The notes: generated by a model not told the origin, from the sequence alone. A DNA stretch of 61,737 nt from Octopus sinensis (GCF_006345805.1 NW_021832257.1:1-61737); one strand, 5' to 3'. Numbered from the stretch's first letter, positions 41,947-56,011 are shown. Made by a program: numbers and translations.

Positions 41947-42074
41947 ATCTTTGTTTCTTTCCTTCTTTCTATCTCTCTCTCTCTCGCTCTTCCCTTCTCC
42001 CTTTCTCTCTACTACTCTCTCCTCATTGTCCATATCCCTGTCTGTCTCTCTATACAAGTGTATGTATGTGTGTA

Positions 42075-42108
<34 letters not shown>

Positions 42109-42486
42109 CATGTGTGCTTGTGTGTGTGTGTGTGTGTGTGTTGGTGTTTCTTTAATTCCCTCATATATCTCTGTCTGTCTGTTTGTCTAGCTGTATTACT
42201 GCCAACCCACTTCCCGCTAATTTCGAATGCAACCAAACATATTTCAAGACGAATAATGCAAAGTCAGTGTTTAGTTATCGATAAAAGCACAGCTTGTACA
42301 GAACATCGTTACATAACAATCTCTCTCTCTCTCCCTCTCTCCCTCCCTCCATCTCTCTCTATTTCATTTCCTCGTTGGGACACACAGACACACACAGGCA
42401 CGCGCACACACACACACGTGCATGCACAAAGCATGGTTCTAAGGTTGTCGTATTTTAGCCCAAGTTGCCTGAGATTGAATACAAAG

Positions 42487-42825
42487 ATGCATGGCTCAGT
42501 GGTTAGAGCGTCGGGCTCACAATCATGAGGTAGTGAGTTCGATTCCTGGACTGGGCTCTGTGTTGTGTTCTTGAGCAAGACACCGTTTTACACGTTGCTC
42601 CAGTTCACTCAGCTGTGGAAATGAGCTGCGATATCACTGATGCCAAGCTGTATCGGACTTTGCCTTTCTCATGGATAACATTGGTGGCATGGAGAAGGGA
42701 TACTGGTATGCATGGGCAACTGCTGGTCTTCCACAAAAGAACCTTGCCCAGACTTGTGCCTTGGAGGGTAACTTTCTAGGTGCAATCCCATGGTCACTCA
42801 TGACTGAAGAGGGATCTTTACCTGT
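42487..42825 (+). mobile_element. tRNA-derived SINE (family C head, different 3' part)
   Basis: TGGCTCAGTGGTTAGAGCG box A and GAGTTCGATTCC box B, then ttgagcaagacacc... Confidence 0.75.
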
Positions 42826-43379
42826 AATCTTGCCAGTGGATTGCACAGACTTATGAGCAGATGTGTTTCCAACCATAACCATTCCCATCCCTTAGTCACC
42901 AGGCTGCAGCCCCGCTGGAACACTGCCTAGAAAGGTTTGGTCAAACAAACTGACCCCACTAGCTACTTTCTATGCCTGATACCTACTCAATCAGTCTCTT
43001 TTGCTGGAGGAGGTAGAGAAACACAAAGACACACACATATACGATGGGCTTCCACACAGTTTCCATCTACCAAATTCACTCGCAAGTCAGTGGTTGGCCT
43101 TTAGACACTTGCCCAGGGTGTTGTACGATAAGACTGACCCCACCCAAAAAAAAAACAAGTCGGTGCATAAAGGTCATGGGTGTTATTTGAGGAAATTTGA
43201 CTGCTATTTCTAGCAGTTTGATCAACAACATTGGTACTCCTACATTTTCGTTTACTCAAGTTTGAGTGTCTGTCTGGGAGGTGCAAAATCATTGCTCGGA
43301 AAGATGTTCCAGATGCAAGATGCAAGAATAACAAAGAAGAAGGATAGGGTAAAATGTGATGACCCAGAAATCATAAAGC

Positions 43380-43678
43380 ATGGAATAAGCCAATCAGATA
43401 AATTGTGTTAGGAACATAAATTGTGACTAAGGTTTGGTGGAAGATTTTAATTCAAAACTTATGAAAACAAGACATTTGTTCGACAGAGTCAGCGGGGCTT
43501 TCAGCCGGGTTGGTATCGAAAGGGTTTATCATGCAATATCTTGTAGCTCTGAGATTTTTGAAGAGGTAACTTTTAATTTTTTGAATGATTCTGTAGGGTT
43601 GGTTTGAGAGGCTAGATCTAGCTAGTTAAAACAGGCACAATATTTAGGCTACTTATGGTCAGTTTAAATGCTAAAGGG
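43380..43678. mobile_element. Adjacent/nested piggyBac-like MITE remnants of both families
   Basis: GGTATCGAAAGGG|TTTA at 43512-43528, directly followed by the second family ending ATGCTAAAGGG at 43678. Confidence 0.55.
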
Positions 43679-46600
43679 TTACGCCCCCATCCCAAGGTCA
43701 ATAAAATAAAATACAAGTCAAGTACTAGGATGGATGTAACTGATCGGCAAATATTAAGTGGGGCTTACTTACTCATAGATGAAGCACCCGATTTTGCCCA
43801 TCGTCTGAAAATTCAGAAAACCCTCTCCTCTACCCCCACCTCCACGTTTTATACTGACTGATTATTTATGCATTAACAAACCAGTCCAATTGCAAACATT
43901 GAACGAGCACTTTTGCCGTCATGTGTCACTCAGAAGCAAAACTGACTCAGACCCAGGCTGACTGAATGACGTTTCGACAGAGCTCGGACATGACCAGCCA
44001 AACACGGTAATTGGTCAGAGAACTCTGAATTAAAGTCCCTTAACCATTTTTATTTGTCGTCCTTATCATCCTCACCATCATTGGCAGCAATGGTAGCATC
44101 ATCACCATCATCAGTGCCACCACCACCACCACCATCATTAGTGTTATCATCATCACTACCACCATTGCTGTTATCCTCATTATCACCACCATCATCATCA
44201 TCATTCCCCTCCCCACCACAATTGTTATCTTCATCATCACCTCTATCACAACCACTACAGCCGTCATCATTACTACCATAGCTGCCACTGTTTTTGTCAT
44301 TGTCATCAGTATCATCCACACTGCAATCATTATCAGAAACATCATTATCGATATCATCATTTTATACTCATTGGTATTATCATCATCATCATCATCATTT
44401 TTATCACCGAGGTCATCGCTATCGTCATTGTCATCATCGCCAGCAGCATCACCGAGAGTCACTGACGTCATTGATGTAGTCATCATCATCATCATCATCA
44501 CCACCCTTGTCAACAGTAGCACCATCTTCACCGACTCACCCTGCCTTCATGCTTCCCTACAACAGCAATGGGTCAGACAGCAGTCTGGTCACTGGGGTCA
44601 ACTCTCTGGCTACAACTGCCGCCATAGCAACAACAGCATGTGTAATTGGAGCAACTGTGCTAATTTTCTTCACCCCCCACCCCCACCCCCGCATCTTCTT
44701 CCCCCTTCTCCTCCTTCACATCTCCCTTTTCTTATCTCTCTTTTTCTTTTTCTTCTTACTGTTCCTCCCTTTATATATGGACGCTTACTCTTTTACTCTT
44801 TTTCCTGAGGTCACTTTGCTTGACTAAAGGTGGTGCTCCAGCATGGCCACAGTCAACTGACTGAAACAATAACAAGAACCAAAAAGAGTACTTATTCTAT
44901 CAATCTCTTCTGCTGAACCACTAACTTACGGGGACATAAACACACCAACATCGGTTGTCAAGCGACAGTGTGTGTGTGTGGGGGAACAAACACAGACTCA
45001 AAGACACGCAGAGACATAAATATATGGCTGATATGAAACACACCTTCCCAAGGTGTCATGCAGAGAGAGGTAGTAAACTGAGAGGGGGAAGCGAACCTCT
45101 TAACCACGTACTCATTACAAAACAAGAGTATAGACGTCTATGGAATACTCAGTCACTTATTTGCAATAACACGAGTAAGTAGATCCGTCGATCGAACAAA
45201 TGTAACGCATGTTGCGGAAAAGAATACAAGATCCATTTATTTCTGTATATTCGTGCATGCACACACATGCACTACGCACGTACACGTTGGTGTCTATGTG
45301 TGCGTGTGTGTGTGTGTGTGTGTATGAAATGAAAATGCATTCAAGGAAGCAAGTTGTTAAGACGTTCGCTCTACTTATCTTGGTGTCGCACACAGCTTTT
45401 GTGTTGCTGATGACGACATCACATGTGCATTAGCAAGATTAAATGAAATGGAATAAGACGAAGAAAATGATGATTATAACGATGATAGTGCCAAGTGTGT
45501 GGGTGTGTGGGTGGGCATCTGTAAAGACAATATTAAGTGTGTTTTCTTGATGTGTGCGCATCTGTGTGTGTGAGAGTGTAAATTTATGAGTATGAGATGT
45601 GTGTGCATCTCTATATGTTGTGTGTGTGTGTGTTTATTTGTCTGCATGTGTGTGTGAGTGTGTAAGTTTATGAGTATGGGATGGAGACAATGTTATGTGT
45701 GTTTTCTCCATGTGTGTGCATGTGTGATGAATGTAGTGCAAAATGCCTGTTTCACAGCTGTACGCACACATATACATGCGTGAGTACAAAATGAAAACAT
45801 TACAAAGCGTGTGTATATATGTGTATGTATGTGTGTGTGTGTACATGTATATGTATGTGTGTGTGTGTACATGTATATGCATGTGTGTGTGTATGAATGT
45901 ATGACTGTACAACCATTACAAAATGACTGCATCAATGTCTATGGAATACTCAACCACAATAAGACAATGAGTACGCAAAGGAGACAGTGCAAAGTATGTG
46001 TTTTTATGTGTGCGCATGACAGATAAAGTGTAGAGCGTGTTTCACAGTTATAAGTGTGCACACGTACACATGTGTGTTTATGAGTACGAAACGATGATAG
46101 TATGAAGTGTGTGTGTGTCTGTGTGTGTGAATGCGCGTGCGTGCACATGAGTGTATGTGTGCGTGTGCTTCCGTGCCTGTGACTGAACTGTGTTTATAAG
46201 TGTGCAATTGTAGAACTAAGAGTCTGCAGAGTCCTGAGTGTGTATATCTTTATGTGTGTACACGTGTGTGTTTGTGTGCGTTTATGTGTGTGTGTCTGTG
46301 TGAGTATGTGTGTGAGGTTAAGTATTTCTGTAAGTGTACACATATCAAATAAAGAAAGTGCAATGAGTCCCTGTGTGTGTGTGTGTATGTGTGTGTATGC
46401 TCAAGTGAATATCTACGAGCCTGTGCGTGCACGAGTGCACGACTGCGTGCATGTGTGTGACTATGCGAGCACATGCGCAGTGCATGCATGTAACTCAGTA
46501 CATTGTTATTATGCACCGTGACAGAATGACATTGCACTAAGAAACAGCCAGCCTGCTTGCCTGTCTATCTGCAATAACATGCAGTATGCATGCATGCATG

Positions 46601-48139
46601 CATGCATGCAATGATGCTGCTGCACCATAATCACTGCAAACACGTGTAAATGAGCGTTAAACATGGAAACACATTATAGAGGGTTTTCTGAAATACATAG
46701 ATCACAAAATGCGCACATGCACATGCCAAAGATGAAACGCCTTCTATATGTATGTTCCTCCAACAGACAAATGCATGCACGTATGCATATATGCACAAAC
46801 TTAGTGATGTAGTAATAACACCACCAGATAGGCAACCGCCACCACAACCATCATCACCACCAACAACAATAACATCCTCTTCACCACTACCATCACAACC
46901 ACCGTCATCACCACCACTTCCACAACCACTACCACCACTACCAACATCATCATCAGCCCTATCAACACCACCACCATCACCACCGAAACCACCATCATTG
47001 CAACCACTACCACAACCACAACCACCACCACAACATCATCATCAGCCCTATCACCACCACCACAACCACCGTTATGGCCACCACTTCCACAACCACTACC
47101 ACCACTACCAACATCATCATCAACCCTATCAACACCACCACCATCACCACCAAAACCACCATCATTACAACCACTACCACCACCACAACTTACATGCTAT
47201 ATAAACTCTATTACCTCTTTGACGACAATAACACTGCAACCATTACCACCACTACCACTGCCCCCCACCCTGGTTATCATCTGTACTACATGTAATATCA
47301 GCACCACCACTACCACCACCACCACCACAAACTGTTGCTTGCTTTGTATAACATTTATCCCATAACTAAAAACTCCTACATACACACCACATTGCCACAA
47401 CCTCCATCAAAGCCGACAACCATACCTTACACACCTACTACTACTACTACTACTATAACTACTACTGCAAACACCACCATCACTACCACTATCTCTGTCA
47501 CCATTATCACCATCACCAGCATCACAACCACCAACTCCCCCACATAAGCTAACAGGGCAGGCAGCTCTTATATGGTTGCTCAGGGCAGCTGGAAATAGCA
47601 GCTGAATGACTGCCAAATCACACGCACACACACACACCACACACACACACACACACAAGCATGTACGCACGCACACACACACACACACTACGGATTGTCT
47701 TGTCGTTGTAAAATAAAGGTAAAAACTGGATAATGAACATCTGAAATAAACTCTCTACTGAAGAAATAAAGAAGAAACTTGGTCTGGTCTGGTCTGGCCT
47801 GGCCAGGTCACTGCTAGAACAACCTTTAATCATAGGCCTACTTTATCAGCACTGACCTGATTTGATTTGACCTGACCCGACATGACCTAGGGCTCAGAAA
47901 CAGCGGCTTTAGCTGCCATCATCGCCACTGCCACCACCACCACCACCAGCAACAAGTTTATCAAAGCACACCATGGTCATTGCAGCTATTAACACACACC
48001 TTTAAAGTAAATACCAACATTATCATTGTGAAACACCAGTCAATGAGGGAAGGGCAGCCATTCGACTTGCTAGAAATGGCAGCCGGATCTCCCTCAAATC
48101 ACAACATATGATATGCACACACATGCATACACACACACA

Positions 48140-48745
48140 CTATCATCATCATCATCATCATCGTTTAACGTCCGCTTTCCATGCTGGCATGGGTTGGACG
48201 GTTTGACTGGGGACTGGTGAGCCAGATGGCTACACCAGGCTCCAATCTGATCTGGCAGAGTTTCTACAGCTGGATGCCCTTCTTAACGCCAACGACTACG
48301 AGAGTGTAGTGGGTGCTTTTAAGTGCCACCGGCACGAGGACCAGTCAGTCGGTACTAGCAACAGCCACGCTCAAATGATGTTTTTATATGTCACCTGCAC
48401 AGGAGCCAGTCCAGCGGCACTGGCAATGCACTTGCCCAAACGTTGGTTTTCACATACCACCGGCATAAGTGCCATAAAGATCACGCTCGAATGGTGCTTT
48501 TTATGTGCCACCGGCATGGGTGCCAGTCAGTAGCCCTGGCAACGATCATGCTGAGATGGTGCTCTTAGCGGTCCACTAAATTGATTTCGATTTCACTTGC
48601 CTCAACAGGTCTTCGCAAGCAGAGTTTAGTGTCCAATGAAAGAAAGGTACGCCTAAGTGGGCTGGTTACACAACTGGCATAGGCCACGGGTTATGATCTC
48701 ACTTGGCTTGCCAAGTCTTCTCAAGCACAGCATAAATTCTCCAAG
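48140..48745 (-). mobile_element. SINE family D with RTE-like (ATG)n tail
   Basis: catcatcatcgtttaacgtccgctttccatgctggcatgggttgga...cagctggatgcccttc. Homologues at ~6185-6340, 22170-22750, 33180-33410, 33515-33670, 51360-51790, 57110-57245 and 58815-59120. Confidence 0.75.
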
Positions 48746-48862
48746 GCAGTGCACCAGCATGGCCACAGTCCAAGGAGAGATATGTAAAAGATAAAAGCTT
48801 AAGAAACAGGATTATACACACAAACACACATGCACATATACATATATGTGCATGTGTGTATG

Positions 48863-48900
<38 letters not shown>

Positions 48901-49071
48901 TATGTGTGTGTGTGTATACTTCCAGAGAGAGAGAGAGAAGGAGAAACAATGAGTACACACACACACACACACACACATACATATAAACACATGTATATAT
49001 GAATATATGTATACATGTGTAAGATGTAAGTGTATATATTATACGTGTGCAAATACGTGAACATGTGTGTA

Positions 49072-49120
<49 letters not shown>

Positions 49121-49256
49121 TATGCAGATAACTTGTGGATAAGTTTACTTAAAATGTACTTAGTAATTTAATAAGCAAACATTCTGCTCCACTGTGTCAA
49201 TAGATGTTGTTATAAAAACATGCGGATCTCTCTACAGAGCAGACAAGAGAACAGCT

Positions 49257-49309
49257 CAAACAGACTAGTTTCGGCTGGTTTATGCCAACCTGTCAACCAG
49301 TGTCTAGTC
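49257..49309 (-). ncRNA. Degenerate hammerhead-like motif (stems intact, core mutated)
   Basis: UAGACA/UGUUUG stem I, core CUGGUUGA instead of CUGAUGA, stem II GGUUGG-CAUAAA-CCAGCC, then GAAA-CUAG-UC with palindrome ACUAGU. Confidence 0.35.
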
Positions 49310-49477
49310 TTGGTTGTTCACTGAAATTGTTTCATCTTCATTGTTTTCTACAACTGGAAACACATTCTTGTCAAGTTGGCAAAAGTCAAACAAAAACAAA
49401 CCTGGAACAGATACTGTGTTACCCCCCATTCTGTTCTACACAGAGATTATTATGTATGTACATACATATCCATGTGG

Positions 49478-49760
49478 AGGCACATGGCCTAGTGGTTAGA
49501 GCAGCGGACTGGCTCGCAGTCCAGGGATCACGGGTTCAAATCTTTAGACCGGGCGATGTGAGTGTTTATGAGCGAAACACCTAAGCTCCACGTGGCTCCG
49601 GCAGAAGGTAATGGCGAACTTCTGCTGACTCTTTCGCCACAACTTTCTCTCACTCTTTCTTCCTGCATCTTGCAGCTCTCCTGCGATGGGCTGGCGTCCT
49701 GTCCAGGTGGGGAACCTATATGCCAAGGAAACTGGGAAACCGTCCCTTATCAGAACATCC
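49478..49760 (+). mobile_element. tRNA-derived SINE with V-SINE-like segment
   Basis: TGGCCTAGTGGTTAGAGC box A and GGGTTCAAATC box B. The segment cctgcgatgggctggcgtcctgtccagg resembles a widely shared SINE central domain (from memory). Confidence 0.6.
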
Positions 49761-49806
49761 ATTTGCATTCTTGTCCCATTTTTGGTATTCCTTCTATCTA
49801 TCTATC

Positions 49807-49869
<63 letters not shown>

Positions 49870-50006
49870 TATGTTCCAACATGGCTGTGCAATTGAGAAG
49901 CTTGCTTTGGATCCATGTGGTTTCAGGTTCACTCCCACAGTGCAGCACCTTGGACAAAAATTTTCTGTTAAATACATTGTGAGCAAACTTGAAGCCTGTC
50001 ATATAT

Positions 50007-50059
<53 letters not shown>

Positions 50060-50595
50060 TGCATGTGTGTGTGTGTGTGTCTTTGTGTTTGCCCCAACAT
50101 CAGCTTGAAAACCAGTGAAGTTCATTTTCAGTATTCTTCAAAAACATATGTGGCCATGGAAACAAGACAAGGATGAGTGACAGAAAGGCAGCTGGCCATA
50201 AAGAAAAAAATAAAAGAAATAGAAAAAAATCCACCTCAACAAATACCCCACCGAGCCATGCAGGCAAGGAAAACCAGATGTTAGAAGAATGATGATGCTA
50301 TGCTGATGATGATGATGATGATATGCACACACACACACACACACACACACATGCAATGGGTACACTACAAATTCTGCTAATATCATTAACAACCATAACA
50401 CTAATTAGCACTAAAGATTGCAGCAGCAGCAGCAACACGCCACCACTACCGCCACCACTACCACTACCACCACCACCACCTCCACACTTCTCTCTCTTTC
50501 TCTTGGTGTTGTTGCTTCTTTAACTAAAATTGTTTTCAGGTGAGGACGATCAGCTGATTGACGGAACAACATATATATATATATGTATATATATT

Positions 50596-50619
<24 letters not shown>

Positions 50620-50637
<18 letters not shown>

Positions 50638-50852
50638 CACACACACATATATACACACATACACACTTGTACTTATATGTACACACTTTAGCACTATGTA
50701 CGTATACACACAGGCATAGAAATGTCAAATATAACATATATATATAGACACACACACACACATATATATACACACATACACACTTGTACTTATATGTACA
50801 CACTTTAGCACTATGTATGTATACACACAGGCATAGAAATGTCAAATATAAC
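50620..50852. repeat. Recent 117-bp direct duplication
   Basis: ggcatagaaatgtcaaatataac at 50713 and 50830, with near-identical upstream sequence. Confidence 0.9.
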
Positions 50853-53766
50853 CAACCGACCAGCCAGCCAACCAGCCAACCAGCCGACCAGCCAGCCAAC
50901 CAACCAGCCAACCAGCCAGCCAGCCAATCAGTCAACCAGCCAACCGGCCAACCTGCCAGCTAGTCAGAAACCATGTCAGTGGAACCAGATAACTAAATAA
51001 TAGACAGAACTATTTCTAAACCTCACACACACACATATATATTAAATACATACATATATGTGTGTGTATGTGTGTGTGTGTGTGTGTCGTTGAAGGACAT
51101 TCACCTATATACGTGTGTGTTTAGTGGTGAGATGGCAGAGTTGCTTAATTCAGCAAATCAGTTTTTGTTTCCCCCCAGTCACTCAGTTACTTCACGCAAA
51201 CACGCACACACACACACACACACATTATACCACTTTGCAAATATGTGTGCGTATGCGTGTTATAGGGGCATAAACAAACTGACATGGGTCATCAAGAAGT
51301 GGGATGAGTTTGACAAACACAGGGCACGAACACACACACACCATCATCATCACCATCACCATCACCACCACCATCGCCATCATCATCATCAACAAGTAAT
51401 GTCAATTGTCCATGCTGGCATGAGTTGGACAGTTTGACCAGGGCTGCACCAGACTCCAGTCCAAATAGGCATGGTTTCTACAGCTTGATGCCCTTCCTAA
51501 CGCCAACCACTCCAAGAGTGTAATGGGTGCTTTTACATACCAGTTACTTGACACCAATATCTGTCACAACTACGATTGGTTTGATGGGTCTTCCTTCTCA
51601 AGCACTGCATATTGTCAAAGGTCTCAGTTATTTGTCATTGGCTCTGTGATACCCAGCACTCGAAAGGTGCTTTTTACATGAGTTAGGAAGAGCATCCAGC
51701 TGTAGAAACCATGCCAATTCGGACTGGAGTCTGGTGAAGGCCTGGTCAAACCGTCCATCTGAAGCTAGCATGGACGATGGTCATTAAATAATGTCCACAA
51801 TGACAGATTAGAAAATGTAATCCTAGACAGACTATGACAGAAAATAAGACAGGGTCAGCAAGGGTATGGGGTATCTTTGACCATAGGTCTGCTCAGTCAA
51901 GAGTTACTTGGGTACTTTGGGGCTATAGACACCATTAACAACACCCAAGAAAGAGCCTGCACATTGTCAAACAACCTGCAAGAAACAACAGGCAAATTTC
52001 CCTCAATTCACACCCCAAAAACCTTAAAAAGCAAGGATACCTTGGATGATTTAGTTTTGATACATTGCTTGGAAACCGAGAGGTAGAATAGTCCCAAAGC
52101 TTACGCTCCCCGGGTCCTAGGAGAGTACTCCGATTATCATAGGACTGGTTTGACCTGCTAGAAATAACACCTATGTCACCCCTTCTTCAGCTTTAGGTAT
52201 CTCATCTCCAATCTTTGTAATAGCTGCAGGTCTTCTTAGGTACATGCAGATGTTGGCGACCTGTAATGCTTATAGTGTGCATAGTTCCATCTCCAGTCCT
52301 AATTCTAAGAGCTACAGATATAGACTTTGGTTTTAATTCCACTATTCCAACAAGAACAGCCTTTTATCATTCAGACGATTCTGTCAAATGGAACACCTAT
52401 TCATTCACATTGTTTTGAATTAACACATTAACGGCCATGGCCTGTTACTGGAACTTACCAGTGATGCCATGTATTTCTGATCACACTGCATACTATTTAA
52501 TTACAAAAAATTGTAATTCTTATGCATTTTTAAAATATTTCATAATTAAGTTTTAATATTTAGCACTCGTGTCATTTAAATATCCTCAAAACCAGGTCAA
52601 AAATACAGAAAAGCATATTTCCTCAAATTACGAAAATGTACCACTAGAGGTTAGGTAGTGGGTAGCGATTTTCTTCACTACTTCAGGGAGTGACAACCTT
52701 GCCTGACACGAGTCCCAGGGCTCAGCTGGCTCTGGCTGACAGTACCCAGTGTGGGCCCCTATCCAGGGTTACGGAAAGGAGACAACCTTCAAAGAAATCC
52801 GGAGTGAAGCCCTGTAGGTGGTTTAGTGTTCGACTCGGCGCTCTTCTAGCTGGTGCCAAACATAATGCTCTCCTTTGGACTATGTCAAGAGAGGAATCCT
52901 GACGATTGGGCTACCCAAGATTTTCTTACATCTAGCCCAGGCCTGCGCAAAACTGGAGAGGACGTGAAATGTAAAAAAACCAGAGTGGATTAGTTTATGT
53001 GCAACTCCATTGTCTCCCAAGACAAAAGGATGCCAACAAACAAACAAACAAACAAACCACTGGAGGTGCATATGGCTGTTGTGTGAAGTCTGCGATGATC
53101 CACCAGAGGTCTGCATGGCAGTTAATGTGTTAATCATGCACTATTTCATAACTTTTGATGTTTCAACGAATGCGATTGTTTATTTTTAGAATGACAGAGT
53201 AGGGTAGGTATGAGAGGTCAGATCTGGTCAGTTTGAACATAAAACGGATAGAATATCTGGGCCAAATATGGCCAGTTTAAACTTAGGGTTACTGGTTTTA
53301 GGAATCATTTGAGAAGGTTCTTGGTCTCACTGTATCCTACTAGCCTCTTGCAGAATGGCACATTCTTGCAGAATGGCACAGTTCATTAGATGATTAAATA
53401 AACCAGTTCTTTATTAGTTCTTATTCTACTGACATTGGCAAAAAGAAAGGGCAAATTTGAACTCGGCAGGATTTGAGTTCAGATGGCAAGGAGCCATAAA
53501 CAAATACCAGAAGGCATTTTGTTTAACACTCTTAAACAATTTTGTCAATCCACCATCATTATAGAGTAAGGTAGGCCTAACAGAGAATCCCTAAAATGTA
53601 AGGAAGGATCAGCTTGGCTGGAATGCTTTTGATCATATATCTACATGAGCAGGGTTTATCTGATGGCTGGATTCAAATTCCAGTAAGACGAAATAGGGGA
53701 GGGAGGGAGACAGTGTGTGTGTGTGTATGTGTGTGAAACAGAGGTAGAGAGAAAGGTGGGAGAGAT

Positions 53767-53807
<41 letters not shown>

Positions 53808-53908
53808 TGTATGATAGGAGAGGGAGAGAGTATGAGACAAAGAGGGTGTGTGTGTAAGAAGGGAGTGGGTGTGTGTATGTGTGTATGTGTGTATGTGTGT
53901 GTGTGTGT

Positions 53909-53960
<52 letters not shown>

Positions 53961-54036
53961 AACAGAGGTAGAGAGGTGAGAGAGAAAAAGAGGCTGCGAA
54001 AGAGAACAGAAAGGGAAAGAGCATAAGACAAAGGTG

Positions 54037-54067
<31 letters not shown>

Positions 54068-54569
54068 TATATATATGTGTTTGTGCATAACACTGAGGTA
54101 GACAGAAGGGTGAGAGAGAGAGAGAGAACAGAGGAGGGGAGAGCGTGGGAGAGAAAGCGGGGGGGAGGCATGTAAGAAGGAGAGAAAGGAGAAATAGAGA
54201 TGAAGAGAGAGAGAGATAGAGAGGAAGAGGGAGAGACAGAAAGAGTATGAGGGATATTGAATATGATACACTAAACATGTTTCACTAAACACTAAGATCT
54301 TGACATTTTTGTCAACGTGCACGCACACTGCAGCTGTGCAGTTTGCTTTTGTTGCACACATATGTAATTGCATACGACGGCATAAACCACACACACACAC
54401 ACACTAACACACAACTCAACTGCTAAAAAACCACTGCTCCACACCACTACTGCTAACACCCGTCACCAGCACCACCACCAATGCTACTACTATCACCAAA
54501 AAATACCTACCAACAAACACCGCCACCCACCACTACCATTACCCAGATTGCCAAAACCATGTCCTATAT

Positions 54570-55200
54570 CACCACCACCACCACCAACCCTCACTACCAC
54601 CAACCACCACTAGCACCACCACCACCACCACCACCACCAACCCTCACTACCACCAACCACCAGCACCAGTACCACCACTAGTACCACCACCAGCACCACC
54701 ACCAATCCTCACTACCACCAACCACCAGCACCAGTACCACCACTAGCACCACCACCACCACCACCACCACCACCACCACCACCACCACCAGCACCACCAC
54801 CAACCCTCACTACCACCAACCACCAGCACCAGTACCACCACTAGCACCAGCACCAGCACCACCACCAACCACCAGCACCAGTACTACCACTAGCACCACC
54901 ACCAGCACCACCATCACCACCACCAACCACCAGCACCAGTACCACCACTAGCACCACCACCACCACCATCAGTGCTAATATTAACACTGCTGCTACCATT
55001 GTCACAACCACTGTGACTGTCACCACATCCACGTTCATTACAGCTACCGCACAAACCACAACCACTGCCACTACCGTCACCACCACAACCACTGCGAATA
55101 CTGCAGCTACCACTGTGACCACCACCACCACCACCACTACCACCATAACCACCACTACAGCCGCCGCCGCCACCACTCTCAGCACCATTAACCGCAGCTT
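54570..55200. repeat. (ACC/CAG)-derived higher-order repeat
   Basis: Recurrent ccctcactaccaccaaccaccagcaccagtaccaccactag units within a CAC-rich tract. Confidence 0.85.
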
Positions 55201-55802
55201 CCATCACTAGCTCAACCAAAAGAACTAATAAACAACTTCATAATTATTCCCAACCAGCCAACCAACCAACCAACCAACTGACGAGCCACCCCACCGCAAT
55301 CACCCCCACCCCCACCCCCACCACCACCACCACCACCGCCGCCATCATCAAGGACACAAACCTTTCCAATGACAGCCTCCCCCACCACCACAAGCCCGCT
55401 CACTCAGATCCTAATTAACCCAGTTCTCACCAGAGACAGATGAGAGAGAGAGAAAAAGAGAGAGAGAGTGAGACACAGAGGGGGGGGGATCAAGGAGAAA
55501 ACAAGAGAGAGAGAGAGAGAGAGGATATAAGCAGTGATCCACCCCACTCTGTTCAGTAGTAACACACTAGCTAAGTATAAAAATAGCTCTCACCACAATC
55601 CACACACACACAGTTCTACTACCACCACCGCCACCACCACCGCCAGCCACCACCACCACCACCACCACTACCACCAACAACAACAACACCATTATATCAG
55701 TCACGCATTCTTGCATCCTTGCACTCAATTTACTACTTCTCATACACACACACATACACATATACAAACACACACACACACACACTTCTTTCTCTTTGTC
55801 TA

Positions 55803-55837
<35 letters not shown>

Positions 55838-55964
55838 TCCTCCCTCCCTCTCTGCATTTACATATCCATACACATATTCACATACGTATACTCACACACA
55901 CACATACGCGTGTATATATACCACTCATATTTTATGTGTGTGGGTGGGTGTGTGCTTGTGTATG

Positions 55965-56011
<47 letters not shown>

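Noticed and set aside
42487-42560. Possible tRNA genes at SINE heads (also 49478, 61438, 8050)
   Set aside because: Boxes A and B are present, but there is no complete acceptor stem and each continues into a repeat body.
43955-44005. GAAACGUC on the minus strand as a possible fourth hammerhead
   Set aside because: No CUGANGA core or stem II in register.
44040-44531. 163-aa ORF and overlapping acidic ORFs
   Set aside because: Degenerate (CAT/CAC)n microsatellite, open in several frames on both strands.
4867-49594. About a dozen CACGTG E-boxes, including CCACGTGG at 37626 and 49588, suggesting MXD autoregulation
   Set aside because: The count is close to a rough chance expectation (~8 for this base composition). 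Most arise at CA/TG microsatellite junctions or inside TEs.
50500-50560. Strong plus-strand ttttcag|gtgagg junction
   Set aside because: It is antisense to the only supported gene, and no plus-strand exons were found to connect.
52080-52900. GC-richer segments resembling LINE 5'UTR/endonuclease remnants
   Set aside because: Too degenerate to assign by eye, and the apparent orientations conflict.
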